A DNA stretch of 64,000 bases from Janthinobacterium sp. (GTDB lineage: Bacteria > Pseudomonadota > Gammaproteobacteria > Burkholderiales > Burkholderiaceae_D): the NCBI RefSeq assembly GCF_009923995.1, contig NZ_RFSK01000030.1, forward strand, positions 1,358 to 65,357. The letters are read 5' to 3'. Below are positions 10,581-21,028 of this stretch, piece by piece. The number at the start of each line of letters is the position of its first letter. Position 1 is the first letter of the stretch. Made by a program: the position numbers and the translations under genes. Under the pieces are notes generated by a model. It saw only the letters and a list, made by a program, of their open reading frames with translations, was not told the DNA's origin and did no database searches.

Positions 10581-11075
10581 TTATTCTTCCTTTCCCCGCG
10601 CCGCGAGCGCCCGGCAAGCCACGGCCAGCTGGCGGAACGCGGCACAGCCGCTGCCCCGCTGGGCCAGCACAACCGTCCGCCGTCCGGCATCGTCCATCAG
10701 GCACAGCACCAGCAGCGCAGGCCACAGGGTCGAGCCGGGCAGCAGGCGCACTGCCGACGCTGCCGGCGGCACCGGCGCCGCGCCGCCATGCTCCAGATAT
10801 ACCGCCAGCCGCAGCTGGCCAACCGGCGAAATATCAAGCGCCTGCGGCTTTCTGCGCGAACGCAGCAAAAGCAGTAAAAACGCGCCTCCAGCCGCACTCA
10901 GCACGGCGCCAGCCCCGCCCAGGGCGTAACAGCCGACGAGTTCGCCAGATACGGGCGCACGGCTCCACAGACCGCTCAAGGGCCAGGCGGCCAGCACGGC
11001 ACACAGGCCCAGCGTCGCTTGCAGCCAGCGCAAACAGACAGGCGTACGGATGACCGCCGAAACAGCGATAGACAT
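10581..11075 (-). CDS. Membrane protein, YgfX/CptA-like
   Basis: Two N-terminal hydrophobic segments and a C-terminal LWPALLVLCL...VVL...FRQLAVACR pattern recalling YgfX. Family call is tentative. Confidence 0.5.
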   Translation of the reverse strand: MSIAVSAVIRTPVCLRWLQATLGLCAVLAAWPLSGLWSRAPVSGELVGCYALGGAGAVLSAAGGAFLLLLLRSRRKPQALDISPVGQLRLAVYLEHGGAAPVPPAASAVRLLPGSTLWPALLVLCLMDDAGRRTVVLAQRGSGCAAFRQLAVACRALAARGKEE

Positions 11076-11150
11076 ACAACATGGGAAAAAAAGGCGCGCC
11101 GGCAACATGCCGGGCAAATTCAGGTGCCAACGAACGTTGGCACCGAATCA

Positions 11151-11181
11151 GCGCTCACTACGGTTTGACCGCAGCGAGCGC
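11151..11181. repeat. Hairpin made of two inverted copies of the end motif of the ~100-bp repeat family
   Basis: GCGCTCACTACGGT-TTG-ACCGCAGCGAGCGC; compare CGCTCGCTACGGTTT at 17411-17425 and 58162-58176. Confidence 0.55.
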
Positions 11182-11195
11182 TTGAAAGTTCCTGC

Positions 11196-12446
11196 TTATT
11201 TCGCTTTGCCGAAAATCAGTGTGCCATTCGTGCCGCCGAAGCCGAACGAGTTCTTCACTGCATAATCGATCTTCATTTCACGCGCCGTGTTGGCACAGAA
11301 ATCGAGATCGCAAGCCGGATCCTGGTTGAAGATGTTGATGGTCGGTGGCGACACCTGATGGTGCACTGCCAGGACCGTAAACACCGCTTCCAGACCGCCC
11401 GCGCCGCCCAGCAAATGGCCCGTCATCGACTTGGTCGAGTTGACAACCAGATTCTTGGCATGCTCGCCGAAGGTACGCTTGATGCCCATCACTTCCGCCA
11501 CGTCGCCTTGCGGGGTCGACGTGCCGTGCGCGTTCAGGTACTGAATCTGATCCGGGTTCAAGCCTGCGTTGTTGAGGGCCGCGATCACCGATTTGCTGCC
11601 GCCGCTACCATCTTCCAGCGGCGAGGTCATGTGATAAGCATCTGCGCTCATCCCGAAACCATGCACTTCGGCATAGATCTTGGCACCACGGGCCACCGCG
11701 TGCTCGTACTCTTCCAGCACCATGACACCGGCGCCCTCGCCCAGCACGAAGCCGTCGCGGTCGGTATCCCACGGACGCGACGCCGTTGCCGGATCGTCGT
11801 TGCGGGTCGACAAGGCGCGTGCCGAGGCGAAACCGCCCAGGCCCAGCGGCGACACGGTCGATTCGGCACCGCCGGCGATCATGACGTCGGCATCGCCGTA
11901 CTCGATCATGCGCGCGGCGGCACCGATGCTGTGCAGACCGGTGGTGCAGGCCGTGACGATCGCCAGGTTCGGGCCCTTCAGACCATATTTGATCGAAAGG
12001 TTGCCAGAGATCATGTTAATGATCGAGGCAGGCACGAAAAATGGCGAAATACGGCGCGGACCGCGCTTTTCGTACTCGGACTTGGTTTCCTCGATCAGCG
12101 GCAAGCCACCGATACCGGAACCGATGATGACGCCGATACGCTCGGCGTTCTCTTCGGTCACTTCCAGACCGGAGTCCTGGATCGCCTGGATGCCCGCAGC
12201 CATGCCGTAATGGATAAAGGTATCCATGTGGCGGGCTTCCTTACCGGAGATGTAATCTTCGATATTGAAGCCTTTGACTTCACCGGCAAAATGCGTGGTG
12301 AATGGCTGTGCATCAAACTTGGTAATCGTGGCAATGCCGGATTTACCTTCAATGATTGCGCCCCACGCCTCGGCAATAGTATTGCCGACAGGTGAAACGC
12401 AGCCCAGGCCGGTGACAACAACACGACGGTTTTTAGAACGGCTCAA
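11196..12446 (-). CDS. fabF: 3-oxoacyl-ACP synthase II
   Basis: [35 protein letters not shown]. Confidence 0.97.
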   Translation of the reverse strand: MSRSKNRRVVVTGLGCVSPVGNTIAEAWGAIIEGKSGIATITKFDAQPFTTHFAGEVKGFNIEDYISGKEARHMDTFIHYGMAAGIQAIQDSGLEVTEENAERIGVIIGSGIGGLPLIEETKSEYEKRGPRRISPFFVPASIINMISGNLSIKYGLKGPNLAIVTACTTGLHSIGAAARMIEYGDADVMIAGGAESTVSPLGLGGFASARALSTRNDDPATASRPWDTDRDGFVLGEGAGVMVLEEYEHAVARGAKIYAEVHGFGMSADAYHMTSPLEDGSGGSKSVIAALNNAGLNPDQIQYLNAHGTSTPQGDVAEVMGIKRTFGEHAKNLVVNSTKSMTGHLLGGAGGLEAVFTVLAVHHQVSPPTINIFNQDPACDLDFCANTAREMKIDYAVKNSFGFGGTNGTLIFGKAK

Positions 12447-12475
12447 GCGATTCTCCTGAAGTCGGTCAGACAGGC

Positions 12476-12715
12476 TTATGCCTTGACGTGTGCGGTGGCG
12501 TAGTCGATCGCCTGTTGCACGGTGGTGATTTTTTCAGCTTGTTCGTCAGGGATTTCCATTTCGAATTCGTCTTCCAGGGCCATCACCAGTTCCACGGTGT
12601 CCAGGGAATCGGCGCCCAGGTCGTCGACGAAGGAGGATTCGATTTTGATGTCTGCTTCTGCAACGCCCAGTTGCTCAGCGACGATTTTCTTAACGCGTTG
12701 TTCGATATCCGACAT
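12476..12715 (-). CDS. acpP: Acyl carrier protein
   Basis: [17 protein letters not shown]. Confidence 0.98.
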   Translation of the reverse strand: MSDIEQRVKKIVAEQLGVAEADIKIESSFVDDLGADSLDTVELVMALEDEFEMEIPDEQAEKITTVQQAIDYATAHVKA

Positions 12716-12893
12716 GTTATGGCTCCAAAGTGTGTGTTACGGAAAGTGCGCGCATTTTATCAGGTTTGCGCGTCCGAATACTAATTTCGGTGTCTGCTGC
12801 TAATTCGACCGAAGCTGCTGCTAAAAGATGCGATTATAGACAAAAACGGCCCGTGAATCATGCCACAAATGGCCGCCCCGTCTAGCGTTCACA

Positions 12894-13637
12894 TCAATTC
12901 ATGTACATACCGCCGTTCACGTGCAGGGTCGTGCCCGTGATATACGCCGCTTGCGGCGAGGCCAAAAAGGCCACGGCAGCCGCCACATCTTCCGGCTTGC
13001 CCAGGCGGGACAAGGGAATCTGCGTCAACAGCGCCGCGTGCTGCTCTTCGCTCAGCGCCTTGGTCATGTCGGTATCGATGAAGCCCGGCGCGATGCAGTT
13101 CACGGTAATGTTGCGGCTGCCGATTTCGCGCGCCAGCGCGCGGCTCATGCCTTCCACGCCGGCCTTGGCCGCCGCGTAGTTCATTTGCCCCGGATTGCCC
13201 GACGAGGCAACCACCGACGTGATATTAATGATACGCCCAGTTTTGGCTTTCATCATGCCGCGCAGTACGGCGCGCGACAAACGGCCCACGGCCGACAGGT
13301 TGGTGGAGATCACGCTGTCCCACTCTTCATCCTTCATGCGCATGGCCAGCTGGTCTTGCGTGATGCCCGCATTGTTGACCAGGATGGACAGGCTGCCGTA
13401 GGTTTTCTGCACTTCGTCGACGACGGCCGCGCAGCGCGCCGCATCGGTCACGTTCAGGACCAGACCCTTGCCCGTCACGCCTTCGGCGGCCAGGTAATCG
13501 GTGATGGCTTGCGCGCCGCTTTCCGAGGTGGCGGTGCCGACGACGGTGGCGCCCTGCTTGCCCAGTTCGGTGGCGATGGCACGGCCGATGCCGCGCGAGG
13601 CGCCCGTGACCAGCACGACTTGATTTGCTAAATTCAT
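12894..13637 (-). CDS. fabG: 3-oxoacyl-ACP reductase
   Basis: TGASRGIG, NNAGIT, NYAAAKAG; start MNLANQ at 13637. Confidence 0.97.
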   Translation of the reverse strand: MNLANQVVLVTGASRGIGRAIATELGKQGATVVGTATSESGAQAITDYLAAEGVTGKGLVLNVTDAARCAAVVDEVQKTYGSLSILVNNAGITQDQLAMRMKDEEWDSVISTNLSAVGRLSRAVLRGMMKAKTGRIINITSVVASSGNPGQMNYAAAKAGVEGMSRALAREIGSRNITVNCIAPGFIDTDMTKALSEEQHAALLTQIPLSRLGKPEDVAAAVAFLASPQAAYITGTTLHVNGGMYMN

Positions 13638-13690
13638 GAGTATCCTTAAAGATGGCTGGCGGCAGGCATCGCTGCACTGCCGCTTGCTGT

Positions 13691-14632
13691 TTACTTGAGC
13701 TGCGTCAAAATGCGTTCCAGCGAGGCCTGGTCGACGATGGCGTCGCCCACCAGCACGGGATCGATGCGCTTGGCCAGGCCCATCAGGACCTTGCCCGGAC
13801 CGCATTCGATCACTTGCGTGATGCCGTCCGCGGCCACCTTTTGCATGGTTTCCACCCAGCGCACGGGGCTGGCAGCCTGGCGCACGAGCGCATCCTTGAT
13901 GCCGGCCACGTCATTGACGATGGCCACGTCGACGTTGTTGATCAGGGCGATCTGCGGCGCGGCGAACGTCAGGCCCGCCATGTATTCGCGCAGACGGTCC
14001 GATGCCGGCTTCAGCAGCGACGAGTGGAATGGCGCGGAGACGGGCAGCTTCATGGCGCGCTTGGCGCCCTTGGCCTTGGCCAGTTCGCAGGCGCGCTCGA
14101 CGGCAGCCGTGTGGCCGGCGATGACCACTTGCGCAGGTGCATTGAAATTGACGGGCTCGACCACCAGGGCCGGGTTTTCCGCCGCCGCTTCCGCACAGGC
14201 GGCGCGCACGTCGTCGTCCGACAGGCCCAGCACGACAGCCATCGTGCCCTGCCCGACGGGCACGGCTTCCTGCATGGCTTGCGCGCGGAAACGCACGAGC
14301 GGCACGGCATCCTTGAAATCGATGACGCCGGCGGCGACCAGCGCCGAATATTCACCGAGGCTGTGGCCGGCGACGACCGTCGGCACGGGACCGCCGGCCG
14401 CCAGCCAGGCGCGGTAGAAAGCCACGGCCGCCGTCAGCATCACGGGCTGCGTGTTGGTGGTCAGGTCCAGTTCTTCCTTCGGACCTTCGGCGATCAGCTT
14501 GCCCAGGTCGAATTGCAGGGCGTCCGACGCTTCGGCCACGGTCTGGGCCACGACGGGGTTGCCGGCGAAGCCGTCGAGCATCGCAATCGCTTGCGAACCT
14601 TGGCCTGGGAAAACAAATGCAAATTGTGTCAT
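13691..14632 (-). CDS. fabD: Malonyl CoA-ACP transacylase
   Basis: FPGQGSQ, GHSLGEY, VSAPFHS. Confidence 0.97.
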   Translation of the reverse strand: MTQFAFVFPGQGSQAIAMLDGFAGNPVVAQTVAEASDALQFDLGKLIAEGPKEELDLTTNTQPVMLTAAVAFYRAWLAAGGPVPTVVAGHSLGEYSALVAAGVIDFKDAVPLVRFRAQAMQEAVPVGQGTMAVVLGLSDDDVRAACAEAAAENPALVVEPVNFNAPAQVVIAGHTAAVERACELAKAKGAKRAMKLPVSAPFHSSLLKPASDRLREYMAGLTFAAPQIALINNVDVAIVNDVAGIKDALVRQAASPVRWVETMQKVAADGITQVIECGPGKVLMGLAKRIDPVLVGDAIVDQASLERILTQLK

Positions 14633-14664
14633 GGTGACTCCGTTTTTTTAATAGTATTGCGGGA

Positions 14665-15663
14665 TTACATGCGCGCCAGCACGGCGCCCCAGGTAAAGCC
14701 GCCGCCCACGCCTTCCATCATGACGTTGTCGCCCTTCTTGACGCGGCCGTCGCGCACGGCGATGTCCAGTGCCAGCGGGATGGAGGCGGCCGAGGTGTTG
14801 CCATGCTGGTCCACCGTGACGACCATCTTGTCCAGCGGCAAGCCGAGTTTCTTGGCCGTACTGTTCATGATGCGGATGTTCGCCTGGTGCGGAATCAGCC
14901 AGTCGATCTGGTCCGAGGTCATGTTGGCGTGTTCCAGGGCTTCGTGGGCGACTTTTTCCAGCACGGAGACGGCCAGCTTGAACACGGCCGGACCGTCCAT
15001 GTACAGGAAGGCGCTGCCGTCCAGCGCGCCGCCGGCCAGGCTGCCCGGGACGCTGAGGATGTTCGAGTGGCGGCCATCGGCGTGCAGCTTGGTGGCCAGG
15101 ATGCCCGGCTCGGTGGACGCCGTCAGGACGATGGCGCCGGCGCCGTCGCCGAACAGCACGCAGGTGCCGCGGTCGTCGAAATTGAGGATGCGCGAAAACA
15201 CTTCGGCGCCGATCACCAGCACGTTCTTGTGCATGCCCGACTGGATGAAGCTGTCGGCCGTTGCCACCGCATAGACAAAACCGCTGCAGACGGCTTGCAC
15301 GTCGACGGCGGCGCAGTTATTCGTGATGCCCAGCTTGTTTTGCACGATGCAGGCCGTGCTGGGGAAGCTGCCGAAGAAATCGGGGGTCGAGCTGGCGACG
15401 ATGATCAGGTCCAGGTCGTTGCCGCTCAGGCCAGCCATTTCCAGGGCCTTCCTGGCCGCTTCCACGCCCAGGTCCGAGGAATTTTGCGTCGGCGCCGCGT
15501 AATGGCGCGCCGAGATGCCGCTGCGCGACACGATCCATTCATCCGACGTCTCGATGCCTTTGGCGGCGAGCTGTTCGGTCAAATCCTGGTTGGTGACGCG
15601 TTTCTCCGGCAGGTAGCTGCCGGTACCGATAATTTTGCTGTAGATTTTGCTAAAAACAGTCAT
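14665..15663 (-). CDS. fabH: 3-oxoacyl-ACP synthase III
   Basis: [29 protein letters not shown]. Confidence 0.97.
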   Translation of the reverse strand: MTVFSKIYSKIIGTGSYLPEKRVTNQDLTEQLAAKGIETSDEWIVSRSGISARHYAAPTQNSSDLGVEAARKALEMAGLSGNDLDLIIVASSTPDFFGSFPSTACIVQNKLGITNNCAAVDVQAVCSGFVYAVATADSFIQSGMHKNVLVIGAEVFSRILNFDDRGTCVLFGDGAGAIVLTASTEPGILATKLHADGRHSNILSVPGSLAGGALDGSAFLYMDGPAVFKLAVSVLEKVAHEALEHANMTSDQIDWLIPHQANIRIMNSTAKKLGLPLDKMVVTVDQHGNTSAASIPLALDIAVRDGRVKKGDNVMMEGVGGGFTWGAVLARM

Positions 15664-15678
15664 GCAAGTACCCGTCCA

Positions 15679-16746
15679 CTAAATGGTAGAGCTTGTTGAT
15701 GTAGGTTCGTCCGGTACTGGCGTGCGCGGCATCAGCTCGGCGATCAGGCTGGCCAGGTGCGCTTGCACGTCATTTTTTGCCGCATCAAAGGCGCGGCGCA
15801 AGGCCCATTCGAAGGAATAGGCATCGGCGCTGCCATGGCTCTTGAAGACGAGTCCACGCAAGCCCAGCAGGCTGGCGCCGTTATAACGCGACGGATTCAG
15901 GCGGTTGCCGATGGCTTTCAGGGCCCCGCGGGCGATCAGCGCGCCCAGCATGGTAATCGGATTGCGCTTGAATTCGGAAGTGAGCACGTCTTTCATGAAG
16001 CGCGCCAGGCCTTCGATGGCTTTCAGGGTGACGTTGCCGACGAAACCGTCGCAGACGACGATATCGGTCGTGCCCTTGAAGATGTCGTTGCCTTCCACGT
16101 TGCCGTAGAAGTTCAGCGCGCCGCGCTCGTGGTCGGCCTGCAGCAGCTTCGAGGTGAGTTTCACCACTTCATTGCCCTTGATATCTTCCGTACCCACGTT
16201 CAGCAAGCCGATCGTGGGACGGGCGATGCCTTCCATGGCGGACACGAGCACGGAACCCATGATGGCGAACTGGTGCAGGTGATGCGGTTCGCAATCGACG
16301 TTGGCGCCCAGGTCCAGCATGTAGGTGGGGCCGTTCTTTTGATTCGGCAGGATGCTGCAGATGGCCGGGCGGTCGACGCCGGACATGGTTTTCAATACAT
16401 AGCGCGACACGGCCATCAGGGCTGCCGTGTTACCGGCGGAGACGGAGGCTTGCGCCACGCCGCTCTTGACCTGTTCGATGGCCACGCGCATGGACGAATC
16501 CTTCTTGCGGCGCAGGGCCACTTCCAGGGGGTCGTCCATGGTAACTTGTTCGGAGGCATGCAGTACCGACAGGCGCGGGTGCGCGTCGGCTTTGTGTTTT
16601 TTCAGTTCGGCACGGATCACGTCTTCCAATCCAACAAGGATCAGTTCGGCTTCAGGCTCATGTTTTACGAAGGAAATTGCTGCGGGGATAGTGACTGAGG
16701 GACCATGATCTCCGCCCATGCAGTCGATAGAAATTTTGATTGTCAT
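15679..16746 (-). CDS. plsX: Phosphate acyltransferase PlsX
   Basis: [38 protein letters not shown]; start MTIKI at 16746. Confidence 0.96.
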   Translation of the reverse strand: MTIKISIDCMGGDHGPSVTIPAAISFVKHEPEAELILVGLEDVIRAELKKHKADAHPRLSVLHASEQVTMDDPLEVALRRKKDSSMRVAIEQVKSGVAQASVSAGNTAALMAVSRYVLKTMSGVDRPAICSILPNQKNGPTYMLDLGANVDCEPHHLHQFAIMGSVLVSAMEGIARPTIGLLNVGTEDIKGNEVVKLTSKLLQADHERGALNFYGNVEGNDIFKGTTDIVVCDGFVGNVTLKAIEGLARFMKDVLTSEFKRNPITMLGALIARGALKAIGNRLNPSRYNGASLLGLRGLVFKSHGSADAYSFEWALRRAFDAAKNDVQAHLASLIAELMPRTPVPDEPTSTSSTI

Positions 16747-16953
16747 TTGTTTTGATTCAGTACCGCTGCGGGCTTGCGGCAAGATGTGAATCGGACTGGA
16801 GCATACCAAGGCGGCGCATGCGACCACAGCTCTGGCAAGCTTGATTCAAAATGACGGTGTGCAAGATGAATTGCAGCCGATAAAAAAGAAGAAGCGGCGC
16901 CACGCCGAATAACCACGTAACACCGCTTTCATCTTACCCAACAAAAACGTCGA

Positions 16954-17136
16954 TTACTCGTCGTTTTTGGTCTTCAGCACTTTACGGCCACGATAGAAGC
17001 CGTTAGGGCTGATATGGTGACGCATGTGGGTTTCGCCGGTAACTGGCTCGACGCTCAATTGCGGCGCGACCAGGAAGTCGTGCGAACGGTGCATGCCGCG
17101 CTTGGAAGGGGTTTTCTTGTTCTGTTGAACTGCCAT
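16954..17136 (-). CDS. rpmF: 50S ribosomal protein L32
   Basis: [19 protein letters not shown]...[15 protein letters not shown]. Confidence 0.97.
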   Translation of the reverse strand: MAVQQNKKTPSKRGMHRSHDFLVAPQLSVEPVTGETHMRHHISPNGFYRGRKVLKTKNDE

Positions 17137-17328
17137 GATGACTCCTAATACATAAGTTCTAAAATTTTAGCACAATCGATTAGCAAATACATGCGAATCG
17201 AGTATCCCAGCGGCAAAGACTACCCGAAAATAGCCCGGACCGACATCGTTTATTACAATTACATTTCACTACACTTGCCATACTCGATTACTACACGCGT
17301 TTGACACGTTCTCTAAACGGAACCTCAC

Positions 17329-17425
17329 AAACCTACTGCGCGCCCCACTATCGCCTCGGCGTTGCTCAGCGTACTTCCGTACGCTTGCGCTACTCAAGAC
17401 GATATTGGACCGCTCGCTACGGTTT
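17329..17425 (+). repeat. ~100-bp structured intergenic repeat, copy A
   Basis: AAACCTACTGCGCG...GCTCAGCGTAC-TTCC-GTACGC...CCGCTCGCTACGGTTT; homologous to 19726-19829 and 58078-58176. Confidence 0.85.
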
Positions 17426-17472
17426 TTGAGGCCCCCTACAAACTACCACTACTACTTAACTTTTCTCTTAAC

Positions 17473-17970
17473 TTATTCTGGCTTCAAGTCTTTCAGTGCC
17501 GCAAACGGCGACTTCTTTTCAGTCTTGAGAGCATCGAGCTGCGCCGTATCGGGGCAGACGTCATGTTTGGGTACCTGCGGCAGGGCCAGCAAGGCTTCAT
17601 CTTCGATCAGGGCCGAGGCATCCATGCTGCGGCTGCCGACGATCACGTCGATCGTTTCATCGTTGATGATTTCTTCGATCTCGTCCGCATGCTCGTCATC
17701 CTTGCCCAGCATCAGAACAGTCGAAGAATCAATCGCGTAAGCATACGGAGTCAGGCAGCGCTGGCAAACCAGCTGAACGGTGCCGTTGACCGACAAGGTC
17801 AGTTGCGGGTAGCCCAGCTTGCTGGTGCCGCCGACGACCTTCCAGGCGATATCGCCGGAAGCATCTGCACAATCCTTGGTCAACCGGGTCATTTCAGCGA
17901 CAGGAGTTACACCCTCGCGGCTCCCGCTGATACGACAAAAATCAAAGGCGTCGATCACAAAAGCATTCAT
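17473..17970 (-). CDS. yceD: YceD/DUF177 family protein
   Basis: LVCQRCL, LIEDEALLALP, SPFAALKDLK; directly upstream of rpmF. Confidence 0.9.
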   Translation of the reverse strand: MNAFVIDAFDFCRISGSREGVTPVAEMTRLTKDCADASGDIAWKVVGGTSKLGYPQLTLSVNGTVQLVCQRCLTPYAYAIDSSTVLMLGKDDEHADEIEEIINDETIDVIVGSRSMDASALIEDEALLALPQVPKHDVCPDTAQLDALKTEKKSPFAALKDLKPE

Positions 17971-18203
17971 TGGTAGAAAATTTCCCCGGAAAACCTGCGA
18001 TAATAACAGGGTTTTAAGCGCCGAGTCAAAGGCTAAGCATCTTTTTTGATGCCTTGATTACAAGCCGATTGCCATTTCGTGACATCTTCATCAACATCGT
18101 CATGCCGCATGGAGCCTCAGTTGTGGGCTCCGCGCCCTGGAATTTGCGTGAAATTCCGCTGACATCGACCAGTGCGGCCATGCCGGCCGCCATCCACTAC
18201 CGA

Positions 18204-18812
18204 ATGATACCAACTTCCGCCCCATTGCGCTTGATTCTTGCATCGAGTTCGACCTACCGCAAGGAACTGCTGGAACGCCTGCGCCTGCCGTTCGAGGTGG
18301 CCGTGCCCGACCTCGACGAACGCCCCCTGCCCGGCGAAAGCCCCAGCGCCACGGCCCTGCGCCTGGCGCAGGCCAAGGCACAGGCCGTGCTCGACCGCCA
18401 TCCCGGCAGCCTCGTCATCGGCTCCGACCAGGTCGCCACCCTGGACGGCGCGCAGATCGGCAAGCCGGGCAACCATGCCGTTGCCCTGCGCCAGCTGCAA
18501 ACCATGCGCGGCCGCCAGACCGTGTTCCACACGGCACTGTGCCTGCTCGATGGGCGCCAGACGCCCGCCGTGGCGCAGGTGGAAGACATCCAGACCCGCG
18601 TCACCGTGCGCGACCTGCCCGACGCGGAACTGGACGCCTACCTGCGCATCGAGCAACCGTACGACTGCGCCGGCAGCGCCAAGAACGAGGGCCTGGGCAT
18701 CGCCCTGCTCGAACGCATCGACAGCACGGACCCCACCGCCCTTACCGGCCTGCCGCTGATCGCCCTCACCGGCATGCTGCGCAAGGCAGGCGTGGCGTTT
18801 TTCACATTTTAA
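18204..18812 (+). CDS. yceF: Maf-like nucleotide pyrophosphatase (YceF type)
   Basis: LILASSSTYRKELL, IGSDQV, GKPG, CAGS, LTGLPL; divergent from yceD. Confidence 0.9.
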   Translation: MIPTSAPLRLILASSSTYRKELLERLRLPFEVAVPDLDERPLPGESPSATALRLAQAKAQAVLDRHPGSLVIGSDQVATLDGAQIGKPGNHAVALRQLQTMRGRQTVFHTALCLLDGRQTPAVAQVEDIQTRVTVRDLPDAELDAYLRIEQPYDCAGSAKNEGLGIALLERIDSTDPTALTGLPLIALTGMLRKAGVAFFTF

Positions 18813-18819
18813 TCACCCT

Positions 18820-18883
18820 GGGGTCAGACCCGACGGAGGAGCAGGCTCAATGGAGCACGCTCCGATCCCGAAGGTCTGACCCC
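18820..18883 (+). repeat. 64-bp inverted-repeat element, copy 2
   Basis: GGGGTCAGACCC...GGTCTGACCCC with inner hairpin GGAGC-AG-GCTC-AATG-GAGC-AC-GCTCC. Confidence 0.85.
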
Positions 18884-18904
18884 GGTCTATACAAAGCTAA
18901 CACT

Positions 18905-19654
18905 ATGACCGGCATCCTGTACCTGATCCCCAACCACCTCGGCCTGTCCGACGGCCCCGCCGACCCGCTGGGCCACATCATTCCCAGCCAGGTGCAGCAG
19001 ATCACCTCGCAGCTCGATTATTTCGTTGCGGAAAACGCCAAGACGGCGCGCGCCTTCCTGAAACTGATCGGCAGCCAGTATCCGCTGGCCAAGCCCTTGC
19101 AGGAAATCACCATTTCCGAACTCAACGTCAACACCCCGGCGCAAGCGCTGGCCGGCTTGCTGGCGCCGTTGCTGGCGGGACGCGACGCGGGCCTCGTGTC
19201 GGAAGCGGGCGTGCCCGCCGTGGCCGACCCCGGCGCCGACCTGGTGCGCCTGGCGCACCAGCACTCTATCCGCGTGCGCCCGCTGGTGGGACCGTCCTCG
19301 ATCCTGCTGGCCGTGATGGCCAGCGGCTTGAACGGCCAGAGCTTCGCCTTCAACGGCTACCTGCCCACGGATGCGGCCCAGCGCGCCAAGCGCATCAAGG
19401 AACTGGAAGTGCGTTCGCGCACGGAAAAGCAGACCCAGCTCTTCATCGAGACGCCCTACCGCAACGCCGCCATGCTCGAAGCCCTCGTGGCGCAATGCGC
19501 CCCGTCCACCCTGATCTGCGTCGCCACCGACCTGAGCCTGGACACGGAAAGCGTGCAGACGTGGAATGGCGGGCAGTGGAAGAAACAATTGGCCGCCGGC
19601 AAGGCACCGGACTTCCACAAGAAACCCACCGTGTTCTTGCTGCTGGGACAGTAA
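18905..19654 (+). CDS. SAM-dependent methyltransferase, tetrapyrrole methylase/RsmI-like
   Basis: GILYLIP, VSEAGVPAVADPG, VGPSSI, FIETPYRN. Confidence 0.88.
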   Translation: MTGILYLIPNHLGLSDGPADPLGHIIPSQVQQITSQLDYFVAENAKTARAFLKLIGSQYPLAKPLQEITISELNVNTPAQALAGLLAPLLAGRDAGLVSEAGVPAVADPGADLVRLAHQHSIRVRPLVGPSSILLAVMASGLNGQSFAFNGYLPTDAAQRAKRIKELEVRSRTEKQTQLFIETPYRNAAMLEALVAQCAPSTLICVATDLSLDTESVQTWNGGQWKKQLAAGKAPDFHKKPTVFLLLGQ

Positions 19655-19658
19655 ACGA

Positions 19659-19690
19659 CAAACGCCACGAACATATTTGCCGTGGCGTTT
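19659..19690. terminator. Probable bidirectional intrinsic terminator
   Basis: AAACGCCACG-loop-CGTGGCGTTT immediately after the methyltransferase stop, facing the convergent rlmJ. Confidence 0.55.
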
Positions 19691-19725
19691 ACTTTGCTTA
19701 ACTACGATGGTTACGACACCTGACA

Positions 19726-19829
19726 ACACCGTAGCGGGCGCAAGGGCGAGGTGGCCAGGAAGCGCAACCGTACTCCAGTACTGGTACGGTGAGCATCGCA
19801 GCCCGCCTGTCCCGACGCGCAGCAGGTTA
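19726..19829 (-). repeat. ~100-bp structured intergenic repeat, copy C (reverse orientation)
   Basis: Reverse complement reads TAACCTGCTGCGCGTCGG...GCTCACCGTAC-CAGTACTGGA-GTACGG...CGCCCGCTACGGTGT, close to copy B. Confidence 0.85.
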
Positions 19830-19841
19830 GTTCAGGCGCCC

Positions 19842-20759
19842 TCAGACGCGGCGCGTGCCCGTGTTTTTCTGTCCGCCCTTGCCCGTCTCCAGCACGAACT
19901 TGGCGCCATCGTCGCGGCCCAGCACTTTTACCAGGTACGGCATGACTTCGCGCAACATCGGCTCCAGGGTGTACGGCGGGTTCAGGATGAACATGCCGCT
20001 GCTGTGCAGGCCGAAGCCGTCCGGCGACGGCGTGTTCACCGTCAGGGTCACGTGCAGCCAGTCCGAGCAGGGCAGCTGCTTGAGCTTGTCGGCGAACTGG
20101 CGCGATTCCATGCGCTGCAGCACCGGATACCAGACGGCATACATGCCCGACGGGAAGCGCACGAGGGCGTCGGCCAGGGTGTCCTTGACCTTGCGGTAAT
20201 CCATCTTGTCTTCGTATGGCGGATCGATCAGCACCAGCGCGCGGCGCGATGGGGGCGGCAGCAGGGCTTTCAGGCTCTGGAAGCCGTCCGCCTTGGTGAT
20301 GATGACGCGCTTGCCGCGCACGGTGGGACGCTCGCCCTGGGCCAGCGCATGCGCCTCGACCTTGCGGAAGTTGTCTGCCAGAATCTTTGCATCGGCGGGG
20401 TGCAGCTCGAACAGGCGCAGACGGTCTTGCTCGCGGCTGACCTTGTCGGCGCAGTACGGCGAACCCGGGTAATAGCGCATCTTGCCGCTCGGATTCATTT
20501 CCTTGATCAGCTTCATGTACTCGGCCAGCGAGGCGGGCAGGTCCGTGCGGTCCCACAGGGGCGCGATGCCCGTTTCGTACTCGGCATTCTTCGAGGCGTA
20601 ACCGCCGTCGAGCGCATATACGCCTGCGCCGGAGTGGGTATCGATATAACTATAGGCGGTATCTTTTTGATTCAGGTACTGCAACAACTGAATCTGCACA
20701 TAATGCTTCAACACATCGGCGTGATTACCCGCGTGAAAGGCGTGGCGGTAACTCAACAT
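19842..20759 (-). CDS. rlmJ: 23S rRNA m6A2030 methyltransferase
   Basis: MLSYRHAFHAGNHADVLKH, YIDTHSGAG, YPGSP, LIDPPYE. Confidence 0.96.
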   Translation of the reverse strand: MLSYRHAFHAGNHADVLKHYVQIQLLQYLNQKDTAYSYIDTHSGAGVYALDGGYASKNAEYETGIAPLWDRTDLPASLAEYMKLIKEMNPSGKMRYYPGSPYCADKVSREQDRLRLFELHPADAKILADNFRKVEAHALAQGERPTVRGKRVIITKADGFQSLKALLPPPSRRALVLIDPPYEDKMDYRKVKDTLADALVRFPSGMYAVWYPVLQRMESRQFADKLKQLPCSDWLHVTLTVNTPSPDGFGLHSSGMFILNPPYTLEPMLREVMPYLVKVLGRDDGAKFVLETGKGGQKNTGTRRV

Positions 20760-21028
20760 AAGCTGGCTAATTCCATAATAAAAATAAACAAAGGCGGGAG
20801 CGCTGACACCGGGCAGGGCATGAAACAGACTGGAGGAGTCAGGCTGCGGGGCCAGGAAACAGCATGGACCAGCGTAATCAGCGCGCAATTACCAGCATTA
20901 TCCACCAGAAAGGTGGGTTGCATCAAAAAACACGGATAAACAAGCCCATGCATTCTCGGGACTGCGCCGGCCGGGCGCGGTAGAATACGCGCATCGGGCG
21001 CCCCGCGTCCATTGCCCTACTCATATAG

